Assembly: GCA_047150005.1 (NCBI GenBank)
Contig: AP038806.1
Location: 1,408,001-1,472,000 of the forward strand
Reading direction: 5' to 3'
DNA length: 64,000 nucleotides
Origin: Nitrospira sp.
GTDB lineage: Bacteria > Nitrospirota > Nitrospiria > Nitrospirales > Nitrospiraceae
The first letter of the stretch is position 1. Each line of letters opens with the position of its first letter. The notes below the pieces were generated by a model. It made no database searches, was not told where the DNA came from, and saw only the letters and a program-made list of their open reading frames with translations. This document shows, piece by piece, positions 22,592 to 31,590 of this stretch. A program made the position numbers and the translations under genes.

Positions 22592-22745
22592 AAAGATGTC
22601 CCTGGACAGAGCGACGAAGTGTCTTATTCGTGCGACTCGACCTTGGCTGAAAGGGGGTGGGAGGAAGGGTCGGCCGACCTTTCAGAATTGACAGAGGTAA
22701 CGACAGCGTTACGCAAGATTGTCTTTGAAGTAGGAGGTGTTCGCG

Positions 22746-25700
22746 ATGCAGCAATCACTTGTCTCACGTCGGCAGTTCCTCAAAATTACAGCTGGAACGG
22801 TCGCGGCTGTGGCAGTAGCGGACAAGGTTCTGGCCTTGACGGCGCTGCAGCCGGTCATCGAAGTGGGTAACCCACTGGGTGACTATCCAGATCGATCCTG
22901 GGAGCGTGTCTATCACGACCAGTATCGTTACGATTCGTCTTTTACGTGGTGTTGTTGCCCGAACGACACCCACGGATGCCGCGTTCGCGCCTTTGTTCGC
23001 AACGGCGTGGTCATGCGGGTCGAACAGAACTATGACCATCAGACGTACGAAGATCTCTACGGCAACCGCGGGACTTTTGCACACAATCCCCGGATGTGCC
23101 TGAAAGGGTTTACGTTCCACCGCCGCGTGTACGGTCCCTATCGCTTGAAGGGACCGTTGATGCGGAAGGGTTGGAAGGAATGGATGGATGCCGGCTCGCC
23201 CGAGTTGACGCCGGATGTGAAGCGGAAATACAAATTCGACGCGCGCTTCCTCGATGACATGATGCGCGTCTCCTGGGACACCGCGGCGACCTATGCGGCC
23301 AAGGGCTGCATCCTCATCGCGACCCGGTACAGCGGCGAAGCCGGTGCGCGGCGTCTGCGCGAGCAGGGGTATGCGCCGGAAATGATCGAGATGATGAAGG
23401 GCGCCGGAGTTCGGTGTTTCAAACATCGGGCCGGCATGCCTGTGCTCGGCATCATCGGTAAGATGATGAACACCCGCTTTAACGGCGGCGTGTTGCCGCT
23501 TCTGGATTCCTGGATCCGCAAAGTGGACGCGGACAGGGCCCAGGGTGGAAAGTACTATTCAAACTACACCTGGCACGGCGACCAGGATCCCTCCCATCCG
23601 TGGTGGAACGGCACGCAGAACTGCGACGTCGACCTGTCCGACATGCGGTTTAGCAAGCTAAACACCAGCTGGGGGAAGAACTTCGTCGAAAACAAGATGC
23701 CGGAAGCCCACTGGAAGCTCGAGTCCATCGAGCGTGGCGGCCGCATCGTCGTGATCACGCCCGAGTACAATCCGACGGCCTATCGGGCCGACTACTGGAT
23801 TCCGGTTCGTCCGGAGACGGACTCGGCGCTGTTCTTGGGTGGTTGCAAAATCATCCTCGACGAGAATCTGCAGGACATCGACTATATCAAGCAGTTTACC
23901 GACCTTCCCATCCTGGTCCGGACGGACACGCTCCAATATCTGGATCCGCGCGACGTCGTCCCTGATTTCAAGTTCCCGGATCACTCCAAGAGTTATTCGG
24001 GACGGATTCAGGCGTTGAAGCCGGAGCAGATCGAGCGGTTGGGCGGATTCATGATGTACGACCTGGCGAAAAAACAGCCGGTCTATGTCAACCGGGAACA
24101 GGTCGGTTTCCATTTCGTGCAGACTGGAATCGATCCAGCGTTGACCGGGACTTTCCGCGTCAAGCTGTTGAACGGTCGCGAAGTGGACGTATCGCCGATC
24201 TACCAGATGTACCTGGTCCATCTCCAGGACTACGATCTGGACACGGTGAATCAGATCACCCGGTCACCCAAGGACTTGATCGTCCGCTGGGGTCGGGATT
24301 CAGGCACCGTGAAGCCGGCGGCCATGCACAACGGCGAAGGTGTGTGTCACTACTTCCATATGACGGAAATGGGTCGGGCGGCGGCATTCGTCCTGACCTT
24401 GACTGGCAATATGGGAAAATTCGGCACGGGCTGTCATACCTGGTCCGGCAACTACAAAGCCGGTATCTGGAACGCCACCCCCTGGTCGGGGGCCGGCTTG
24501 GCGGTGCATACGGGCGAGGATCCGTTCAACCAGACCCTCGATCCGAATGCGCACGGCAAGGAAATCAAGACGAAGTCCTACTACTACGGCGAGGAGGTCG
24601 GGTATTGGAATCATGGCGACACCGCCCTGATCGTCAATACGCCGAAGTATGGACGCAAGGTGTTCACGGGCAAAACCCACATGCCGAGCCCGAGCAAGGT
24701 GCGGTGGGTGACCAACGTGAACATTCTGAACAACGCCAAGCACCACTATGACATGGTGCGCAACGTGGATCCGAACATCGAGATGATCGTCACGCAAGAC
24801 ATTGAGATGACCTCGGACGTCAACCACGCCGACATCGCCTTTGCCTGCAACTCCTGGATGGAATTCACCTATCCGGAAATGACGGCGACGGTGTCGAATC
24901 CGTGGGTGCAAATCTGGAAAGGCGGCATCCGGCCGCTGTACGACACCCGCAACGATGCCGACACCTTTGCGGCCGTGGCGGCCAGACTGACGGAAATGAC
25001 GGGCGATGTCCGTATCCGTCAGGTGTTCCACTTCGTGTATCAGAACCGCGTGGACGTGTACGTCCAACGCGCGCTCGACGCCAGCGCGACCTGCTATGGG
25101 TACAACGCTGACGTGATGCTGAAGTCGGAGAAGGGCTGGATGGTCATGGGACGGACCTATCCCCGCCATCCGCTCTGGGAAGAAACGAACGAATCGAAGC
25201 CACAGTGGACGCGATGCGGTCGTATTGAAACCTACCGTATCGAGCCCGAGGCGATCGAGTACGGGGAAAACTTCATCGTGCACCGGGAAGGCCCGGAGGC
25301 GACCCCGTATCTGCCGAACGCCATCTTCACGACCAACCCGTACGTCCGGCCGGACGACTACGGCATTCCGATCACGGCGCAGCACCATGACGACAAGCAT
25401 GTGCGCAACATCAAGTTGCCATGGTCGGAAATCAAGCGGCATGCCAACCCGTTGTGGGAGAAGGGCTACCAGTTCTACTGCGTGACGCCCAAGACCCGGC
25501 ACCGGGTGCACAGCCAGTGGTCGGTGAACGACTGGGTGCAGATTTACGAGTCGAACTTCGGCGATCCGTACCGCATGGACAAACGGACGCCGGGCGTCGG
25601 CGAGCACCAGTTGCATATCAACCCGCAGGCGGCCAAAGACCGCGGCATCAACGACGGCGACTACGTCTACGTGGACGGCAACCCGGTGGACCGGCCCTAT

Positions 25701-26192
25701 CGCGGCTGGAAACCCTCGGATCCGTTCTACAAGGTCGCGCGCTTGATGATCCGGGCGAAGTACAACCCCGCCTATCCGTACCACGTGACGATGGCGAAGC
25801 ACGCCCCGTACGTGTCGACGGCGAAGTCGGTGAAGGGCCACGAGACCCGGCCGGACGGCCGAGCCATCGCGGTGGACACCGGCTATCAGTCCAACTTCCG
25901 GTACGGGGCCCAACAGTCCTTTACCCGGTCGTGGCTGATGCCGATGCACCAGACCGACTCCCTCCCGGGCAAACACGCGATTGCCTGGAAGTTCAAGTGG
26001 GGCTATGCGATCGACCACCACGCGGTCAATACGACGCCGAAGGAATGTCTGATCCGCATCACCAAGGCGGAAGACGGCGGCATCGGCGCGCGGGGCCCGT
26101 GGGAACCGGTTCGCACCGGCTTTACCCCGGGACAGGAGAACGAGTTCATGATCAAGTGGCTCAAAGGTGAGCACATCAAGATCAAGGTGTAA
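22746..26192 (+). CDS. nxrA: Nitrite oxidoreductase alpha subunit (periplasmic, Nitrospira type)
   Basis: Tat signal SRRQFLK, FS0 motif C-x3-D-x3-C...NPRMC, NYTWHGDQ (Mo-ligand Asp), TPKTRHRVHSQW; AGGAGG RBS. Confidence 0.97.
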   Translation: MQQSLVSRRQFLKITAGTVAAVAVADKVLALTALQPVIEVGNPLGDYPDRSWERVYHDQYRYDSSFTWCCCPNDTHGCRVRAFVRNGVVMRVEQNYDHQTYEDLYGNRGTFAHNPRMCLKGFTFHRRVYGPYRLKGPLMRKGWKEWMDAGSPELTPDVKRKYKFDARFLDDMMRVSWDTAATYAAKGCILIATRYSGEAGARRLREQGYAPEMIEMMKGAGVRCFKHRAGMPVLGIIGKMMNTRFNGGVLPLLDSWIRKVDADRAQGGKYYSNYTWHGDQDPSHPWWNGTQNCDVDLSDMRFSKLNTSWGKNFVENKMPEAHWKLESIERGGRIVVITPEYNPTAYRADYWIPVRPETDSALFLGGCKIILDENLQDIDYIKQFTDLPILVRTDTLQYLDPRDVVPDFKFPDHSKSYSGRIQALKPEQIERLGGFMMYDLAKKQPVYVNREQVGFHFVQTGIDPALTGTFRVKLLNGREVDVSPIYQMYLVHLQDYDLDTVNQITRSPKDLIVRWGRDSGTVKPAAMHNGEGVCHYFHMTEMGRAAAFVLTLTGNMGKFGTGCHTWSGNYKAGIWNATPWSGAGLAVHTGEDPFNQTLDPNAHGKEIKTKSYYYGEEVGYWNHGDTALIVNTPKYGRKVFTGKTHMPSPSKVRWVTNVNILNNAKHHYDMVRNVDPNIEMIVTQDIEMTSDVNHADIAFACNSWMEFTYPEMTATVSNPWVQIWKGGIRPLYDTRNDADTFAAVAARLTEMTGDVRIRQVFHFVYQNRVDVYVQRALDASATCYGYNADVMLKSEKGWMVMGRTYPRHPLWEETNESKPQWTRCGRIETYRIEPEAIEYGENFIVHREGPEATPYLPNAIFTTNPYVRPDDYGIPITAQHHDDKHVRNIKLPWSEIKRHANPLWEKGYQFYCVTPKTRHRVHSQWSVNDWVQIYESNFGDPYRMDKRTPGVGEHQLHINPQAAKDRGINDGDYVYVDGNPVDRPYRGWKPSDPFYKVARLMIRAKYNPAYPYHVTMAKHAPYVSTAKSVKGHETRPDGRAIAVDTGYQSNFRYGAQQSFTRSWLMPMHQTDSLPGKHAIAWKFKWGYAIDHHAVNTTPKECLIRITKAEDGGIGARGPWEPVRTGFTPGQENEFMIKWLKGEHIKIKV

Positions 26193-26275
26193 GGACAACG
26201 GACTTGCAGCTTGAGCTGCGATGACACCCATGAGACCACGTAACCAACTGATCATGACCAGAAGGAGGATTCACA

Positions 26276-27565
26276 ATGCCAGAAGTCTATAACTGGCAAC
26301 TGGGACGGAAGATGCTGTATCCGTATGAGGAGCGGCATCCGAAGTGGCAGTTTGCCTTTGTGTTCAATATCAACCGGTGTTTGGCGTGTCAGACGTGTTC
26401 GATGGCGGACAAGTCGACCTGGCTGTTTTCGAAGGGCCAGGAATACATGTGGTGGAACAACGTGGAGACCAAGCCGTACGGGGGGTATCCGCAGTTCTAC
26501 GACGTGAAGATCACGCAGTTGATCGAGCAAGTGAACCCGGGGGGGCAGGTGTGGAACGTGCGGGTGGGCCGCAAGCACCATGCGCCCTACGGGGTGTTCG
26601 AAGGGATGACCATTTTCGACGCGGGGGCCAAGGTGGGCCAGGCGGCGATCGGGTACATTCCGACGGACCAGGAATGGCGCTTCGTGAACATCTACGAGGA
26701 CACGGCGACCTCGATGCGCTCGTTGGTGGAGGGCATCGATCGGTCGGGGTTCTCGCGCGATGAGCCGTGGCGGCTGTCCGGCAGCTCGCTGCCGGAGCAC
26801 GAGACGTTCTTCTTCTACCTGCAGCGGATTTGTAATCACTGCACCTACCCTGGCTGTTTGGCCGCCTGCCCGCGCAAGGCGATCTATAAACGGCCGGAAG
26901 ACGGCATTGTGTTGATCGACCAGAACCGCTGCCGCGGGTACAAGAAGTGCGTGGAGCAGTGCCCGTTCAAGAAGCCGATGTACCGGGGGACGACCCGGGT
27001 GTCGGAGAAGTGCATTGCGTGCTATCCGCGGATCGAGGGGAAGGATCCGCTGACGGGCGGCGAGCCGATGGAAACGCGCTGTATGGCGGCGTGCGTGGGC
27101 AAGATCCGCATGCAGAGCCTGGTGCGCATCGGCGAAGACGGCCTGTGGGCGGAGGATCGGTGGCACCCCCTGTACTACACCATTCGGGTGGAGCAGGTGG
27201 CGCTGCCCTTGTATCCGCAGTGGGGCACGGAGCCCAATGGCTACTACATTCCGCCGCGGCACAGCCCGCGGGGCTATGCCCGGCAGATGTTTGGGCCGGG
27301 CGTGGACAACGCCATTGAGAAGTATCTGGTGCCGAGCCGGGAGTTGTTGGCGGTGCTCCAGCTGTGGAGAGCCAGCCAGCAGATCGTCTTCCGGTATGAC
27401 GTCATTCCGGGCCCGAAGGTGTTTGAGACCCAGATTCACGGCAAGCGGTTCGAGATGTACAACGATACCGTGCTGGGCTTCAACAAGTCGGGCAAGGAAG
27501 TGGCGCGCATTCAGGTCGAAGAGCCGATCTACGTCCGACCCGCCGAACGGGTGAACTGGCTGTAG
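26276..27565 (+). CDS. nxrB: Nitrite oxidoreductase beta subunit
   Basis: MPEVYNWQLGR N-terminus, CLACQTC, WNNVETKP, CNHCTYPGCLAACP, EKCIACYPR; 429 aa. Confidence 0.97.
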   Translation: MPEVYNWQLGRKMLYPYEERHPKWQFAFVFNINRCLACQTCSMADKSTWLFSKGQEYMWWNNVETKPYGGYPQFYDVKITQLIEQVNPGGQVWNVRVGRKHHAPYGVFEGMTIFDAGAKVGQAAIGYIPTDQEWRFVNIYEDTATSMRSLVEGIDRSGFSRDEPWRLSGSSLPEHETFFFYLQRICNHCTYPGCLAACPRKAIYKRPEDGIVLIDQNRCRGYKKCVEQCPFKKPMYRGTTRVSEKCIACYPRIEGKDPLTGGEPMETRCMAACVGKIRMQSLVRIGEDGLWAEDRWHPLYYTIRVEQVALPLYPQWGTEPNGYYIPPRHSPRGYARQMFGPGVDNAIEKYLVPSRELLAVLQLWRASQQIVFRYDVIPGPKVFETQIHGKRFEMYNDTVLGFNKSGKEVARIQVEEPIYVRPAERVNWL

Positions 27566-27578
27566 GCCGGCCCGGCGA

Positions 27579-27648
27579 GCCCGCGGCCTCGGGCCGCGGG
27601 CGGTCGAGCGCGGAAGGGCAGAGTCTTCATCGCAAGACTCTGCCCTTC
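27579..27648 (+). terminator. Double stem-loop after nxrB (terminator or mRNA-stabilising element)
   Basis: 10-bp stem GCCCGCGGCC/GGCCGCGGGC (27579-27601) and 15-bp perfect stem GAAGGGCAGAGTCTT/AAGACTCTGCCCTTC (27613-27648); no U-tract. Confidence 0.55.
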
Positions 27649-27718
27649 GTCTATCGGCCTCGGCGAGCCCCCCCACCCCCGAAGCCTCGCCTCGGGATTA
27701 CGGACCCCAAAGGGACTC

Positions 27719-28363
27719 GTGGCACAAAAATCCAAACTGTGGGCCTACCTCGGTGCGGGAATTGTCCTGATCGTAATATTTTCCGTCGAGCAGATGATGC
27801 TCCTCCGTCAGTGGCAGGACAGCCTGGTCTCGCAGCAGCAGCGTAGTGCGATCCGCGAAGAGGTACTCATCCTGCGTCGTTGGACGGCGGATATCGACAA
27901 TGGGTTTCGCGGGTACGTCTTAATACGGCAACCATACTTCCTCGCACCCATGGTCATGGCCGAGGAAGAAATCCCGATGGCGCTGGAGCGCTTGACTCGA
28001 CTGACCAGCGAGACCCCCGCACTTCAGGGGAGCGTCCAGGTGCTCACGCGGCGGCTTGATGAACTGATCACGACCAAACGGCGGCTCGCCACGAAGATTG
28101 CCAACGGGGAATCGGATGAAGTCCTGACCTATGTCCGGACCGGAGAGGGACTGGCGCTGGCCAAAACCATCTCGGCGGCCTTCGATGATTTCGAAACCAA
28201 GATCGCCAGGCAATTTCCGGAAGCCGACCTGACTCCCCTCGAGCGACAGAGAAAAACACTATGGCAGTTGGTGGCCGCCCAGGCCGGCGCCGTATTCGTC
28301 GGAGTGCTGGTGATGGAACTGTTGCTCGCCGCCTTCACCGCCCCTCATCGTTCGGAAACATAA
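27719..28363 (+). CDS. Stand-alone CHASE3-domain membrane protein
   Basis: TM helix, DIDNGFRGYVL...FLAP CHASE3 pattern, second TM helix, then a tail of about 8 aa. Confidence 0.75.
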   Translation: MAQKSKLWAYLGAGIVLIVIFSVEQMMLLRQWQDSLVSQQQRSAIREEVLILRRWTADIDNGFRGYVLIRQPYFLAPMVMAEEEIPMALERLTRLTSETPALQGSVQVLTRRLDELITTKRRLATKIANGESDEVLTYVRTGEGLALAKTISAAFDDFETKIARQFPEADLTPLERQRKTLWQLVAAQAGAVFVGVLVMELLLAAFTAPHRSET

Positions 28364-28423
28364 TCCCTCTTTTGCCTCTTCGGCGCGACGGAACCGGTCG
28401 ACGGGTGACACGTTCGTCCCCGG

Positions 28424-29200
28424 TCACGGAATCGAAAACTCCGCCCAGAGAAAGGTATGGTCTGAGGGATCCTTGGCCCGACGAGGCTCGACGTCGACGT
28501 CGGCATTGATGCATTTTTCAGCCAGCGGCGCCGTCGCAAGAATGTGGTCGATGCGCCATCCTTTATTGCTTTCCAACGAACTCGGCGCCCGGTAATCCCA
28601 AAACGTATACTGTTGGCGGTCCGGATACAGCCGCACGAACACATCTTGGAATCCCCAGGCCAGAGCCGCCTGGTAAGCGTTCCTGGCATCCTCGTGATAG
28701 CAGACGTGCTTGAGATGCTTCTCGGGACTATGGACGTCCGTGGGTCTCGGCGCCACATTCATGTCCCCACACCAAATGGCCGGCGTATCCGGGGAAAGAT
28801 GCTTGTCGAAGTAGGCTCGGAGTCGCCTATACCACTCCAGTTTGTACGCGTATTTCGGCGAATCGATTTCAAACCCCTGCGGCACATAGGTATTGAGGAT
28901 CGGAATCCCGTCGATCACCGCGTGCAGCAGCCGAGGCTCGTCCGGTTCTCCTCCGTCGTCCAGCCCCGCCCGGACCGCGTCGGGTTTCTTTCGGCTCAGG
29001 ATCGCGACGCCGTTGTAGGACTTCATTCCACGAAACGTGATCTCATACCCGGAGGGAGCCAGGGCAAGCAGAGGGAATTCGCTGTCCTGGACTTTCGTCT
29101 CCTGTAGACAGAGCACATCGGGCTTCTGTTGCTCCAGCCAATCGAGCACGATCTGGAGACGTTTGCGCAGTGAATTGACGTTGAAGGTGGCGATCTTCAC
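28424..29200 (-). CDS. xth: Exodeoxyribonuclease III
   Basis: KIATFNVNS, CLQETK, YNGVAIL, GDMNVAP, WRIDHIL, SDH; GTG start. Confidence 0.96.
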   Translation of the reverse strand: MKIATFNVNSLRKRLQIVLDWLEQQKPDVLCLQETKVQDSEFPLLALAPSGYEITFRGMKSYNGVAILSRKKPDAVRAGLDDGGEPDEPRLLHAVIDGIPILNTYVPQGFEIDSPKYAYKLEWYRRLRAYFDKHLSPDTPAIWCGDMNVAPRPTDVHSPEKHLKHVCYHEDARNAYQAALAWGFQDVFVRLYPDRQQYTFWDYRAPSSLESNKGWRIDHILATAPLAEKCINADVDVEPRRAKDPSDHTFLWAEFSIP

Positions 29201-29268
29201 AGTGTCACATCCCGAAGACCGCACGATGCTACCAGATGCCTCCCCGGAGGGACAAGCGGAGCTGCTGC

Positions 29269-30114
29269 TTATGACAGGCGAGGTGGGAAAGACGGGTCGG
29301 GAGCCAGAAATCGGCGGAAAATAGCCTGCTCGATTCTCGAACGGCCGCGGTCCGGAGCCGGAAACCGCAAGATCAAGTGGATGCGTCCCGCGTCGACCAG
29401 CTGGATCGTGACGCGAGGCTCCGGAGAGGGAGCCTCGAGCAGGTTGGTCTGTTCCAGGAGCTTCATCTGGCGGCTGGCCTCGGCCATGAAGGGCGCGCAT
29501 TCGGCCTTGGCCGCCTCGAGCAAGCGCTTCTCCCTTTCTTGCCAGTGCTCGTCCGAGTGGAGGGGCACCGTCAGCGTATAAAGCCCGTACTCCTGACCCG
29601 GATTCTCTTTGACCAGGGCGTTGGTGAAGAGGAGGCTGTTGGGAAACACCGTCACTCGACCGGTGTAGAGATGGGACGCCTGGCCGGGACCGATCTCCAG
29701 GAGCTTGGTCGTAAAAATATCATGGTCCAATACTACCCCTCGATGTCCAGCGATCTGGATGCGGTCGCCGACCGAGTAGACCTTGCCGCCGACCCGCAGC
29801 GCCGATCCGCTCCAGCAGAGCAAGAGTTCCTTGGTCGCAAGGACGAGTGCGGCGGCCAGGGCGACGAGGGAGACGGCGAAGGCCTGGAGCTCGTGGGCCC
29901 AGATCACCACCAGGCCGATCAGAAACGCGAAGAGAATCGAGTTTCTGGTCGTCACGACCCAGCGCCGCTTCGCTTCCATCGACAACCCGGTATTGCGCGA
30001 GATTCCTCGCACGACCAGGGCGCGGATGATCAGGAGCGACACCAGCAGAATGAGCGACTTGAGCCCATCCCAGCTCACCGAGCTATCGAAGCGGATCCAT
30101 TCAAATTGGGTCAC
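29269..30114 (-). CDS. MscS-family mechanosensitive channel
   Basis: Three TM helices, YSVGDRIQI...G.V, VFPNSLLF. Confidence 0.88.
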   Translation of the reverse strand: MTQFEWIRFDSSVSWDGLKSLILLVSLLIIRALVVRGISRNTGLSMEAKRRWVVTTRNSILFAFLIGLVVIWAHELQAFAVSLVALAAALVLATKELLLCWSGSALRVGGKVYSVGDRIQIAGHRGVVLDHDIFTTKLLEIGPGQASHLYTGRVTVFPNSLLFTNALVKENPGQEYGLYTLTVPLHSDEHWQEREKRLLEAAKAECAPFMAEASRQMKLLEQTNLLEAPSPEPRVTIQLVDAGRIHLILRFPAPDRGRSRIEQAIFRRFLAPDPSFPPRLS

Positions 30115-30223
30115 AACACTCCACGCTGGACGGCCGGTTCGACGACGGCGTTGTCAGATCCGCGTCGGAGTCACTCCGGGCGGCCCGGCTCACAGGGACT
30201 CTCGATATGGGGCGAGGATAGAT

Positions 30224-30649
30224 CTATTCGTTCTGCAGTAGGGCTTCGCGGGTACCCGGCACACATTCCTCCCGCTTCCATTGCTTGAGCACCTTCTGTT
30301 CATTGAACGTCAAGGTGTATCGATAACAGTAGAGTACTTCCTTGGGACCCTCACCTGGTTTCCCCAGCAGCGACGTGGCCTGTTTTGTGGCGTTGGCCAA
30401 TCCCGAGAAATGCAAACGACTCAGTTCTCGCTCGGCAAGCGGCACCCGATAGGTCCAGACACTGTCTCCACCGAGTGCGGGCGTTTTGGCCGTATGAGGC
30501 GGACCCAGTTTCTCGGTCACCTCGTCCTGCGTGAGTCGATTCACGCCCTTGTTGAAGTACCCGTCGCGCCAGGGGCCGCCGCAAGCGGCGACAAACAGGA
30601 TGCTCACGAGGAGTAGGAGGACGTGACGAACGGGGTGAGGGCGCATCAT
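30224..30649 (-). CDS. Hypothetical lipoprotein (SmpA/BamE-like pattern)
   Basis: Lipobox VAAC; TQDEVTEKLGPP...WTY...LTFNEQKVL. Confidence 0.7.
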   Translation of the reverse strand: MMRPHPVRHVLLLLVSILFVAACGGPWRDGYFNKGVNRLTQDEVTEKLGPPHTAKTPALGGDSVWTYRVPLAERELSRLHFSGLANATKQATSLLGKPGEGPKEVLYCYRYTLTFNEQKVLKQWKREECVPGTREALLQNE

Positions 30650-30849
30650 GGTTTCGGACGGTCGTGAAGCTCCTGCATCCGCTTGATCGAACAATACAGC
30701 GCATACCCCTGCGCCAACATGCCCGTGACCAAGAGGCCCAGCGCCGTCTGAAGCCATCGGGATCCCTGTTCATCCAGTCCGTAGATCCCCATGACGAACC
30801 CCGAGGCGATGGCCACGATACCGACGAACCTGGCCATCATGGCGTTCAT
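30646..30849 (-). CDS. Small two-TM membrane protein
   Basis: Two hydrophobic helices; ATGA overlap with the next gene. Confidence 0.6.
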   Translation of the reverse strand: MNAMMARFVGIVAIASGFVMGIYGLDEQGSRWLQTALGLLVTGMLAQGYALYCSIKRMQELHDRPKP

Positions 30850-30918
30850 TCGCCAATTCACGCGGACAGGAGGTGGGGAATCCATGCTCTGTACGCTACA
30901 CTGGAAAGCGGCCCCGGT

Positions 30919-31590
30919 TCAACTCCGTGCAGCCCGGAGCTCGCGGGCCCGCACCTCCAGGGAGACGGCCTCCTCCCTCCGGCCTAATTTCCTCAAAACA
31001 TTGGCCAGCTCCTCCAAGGTCCTGGCGACCTCCGGGTGGGACGGACCCAACGCCTTTTCGCGTATGCTCAATGCCCTGCGATATAAAGGCTCCGCCCGTT
31101 CAGGCTGGCCCTGCGAAACCCGCAGCTGGGCCAGATTCGCCGCACTGAGCGCGACATCGGGATGCTCCGCTCCCAGAAGGCGCTCTTTAATGATCAGCGC
31201 TCGGGTCAGCAAGGGATCGGCCTCGGCATATTGCCCGTACATGCGATGCAGCACTCCGAGATTGTTCAAGGTGGCCGCCACATCAGGGTGGTCCTCACCG
31301 TGCACCTCCTGATAGATCTTGAGCGCCTGCAGATACAGCGGCTCGGCCTCGACGTGTTTGCCCTGTCCGGCATAGACCTGGGCCAGCTGCGACAGACTGA
31401 CGGCGACCCGACGATCGTGCAAGCCGAACTCTTCCGCCTTGCGCACCGCCGCGAGAAAGAACCGTTCCGCCTCCGCATAATTTCCTTGCTGAACAGCTTG
31501 TTGTCCCGCAGCCATGGTCGATTCCCACGTGGTCTGCTGGCAGGCCACGAACCAGCACGTGAGCAAGGCGGCCAGCAGGATGAGCCTCAT
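30919..31590 (-). CDS. TPR-repeat lipoprotein
   Basis: Lipobox FVAC; kinesin-light-chain-type TPRs (HPDVAATLNNLG). Confidence 0.88.
   Translation of the reverse strand: MRLILLAALLTCWFVACQQTTWESTMAAGQQAVQQGNYAEAERFFLAAVRKAEEFGLHDRRVAVSLSQLAQVYAGQGKHVEAEPLYLQALKIYQEVHGEDHPDVAATLNNLGVLHRMYGQYAEADPLLTRALIIKERLLGAEHPDVALSAANLAQLRVSQGQPERAEPLYRRALSIREKALGPSHPEVARTLEELANVLRKLGRREEAVSLEVRARELRAARS

Noticed and set aside
22688..22720. Perfect TTGACA in the nxrA leader as a sigma70 promoter
   Set aside because: No credible -10 at 16-18 bp spacing.
22529..22870. 113-aa ORF across the nxr promoter
   Set aside because: It overlaps the promoter elements and the nxrA start out of frame, with no RBS or motif.
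22746..27565. Respiratory nitrate reductase narGH
   Set aside because: The Tat signal, Asp-containing FS0 motif and NxrB N-terminus are of the Nitrospira/anammox NXR type; no narJI.
24300..27676. Long antisense ORFs (651 aa and 474 aa) opposite nxrA and nxrB
   Set aside because: Shadow ORFs produced by strong GC3 codon bias; no recognisable motifs.
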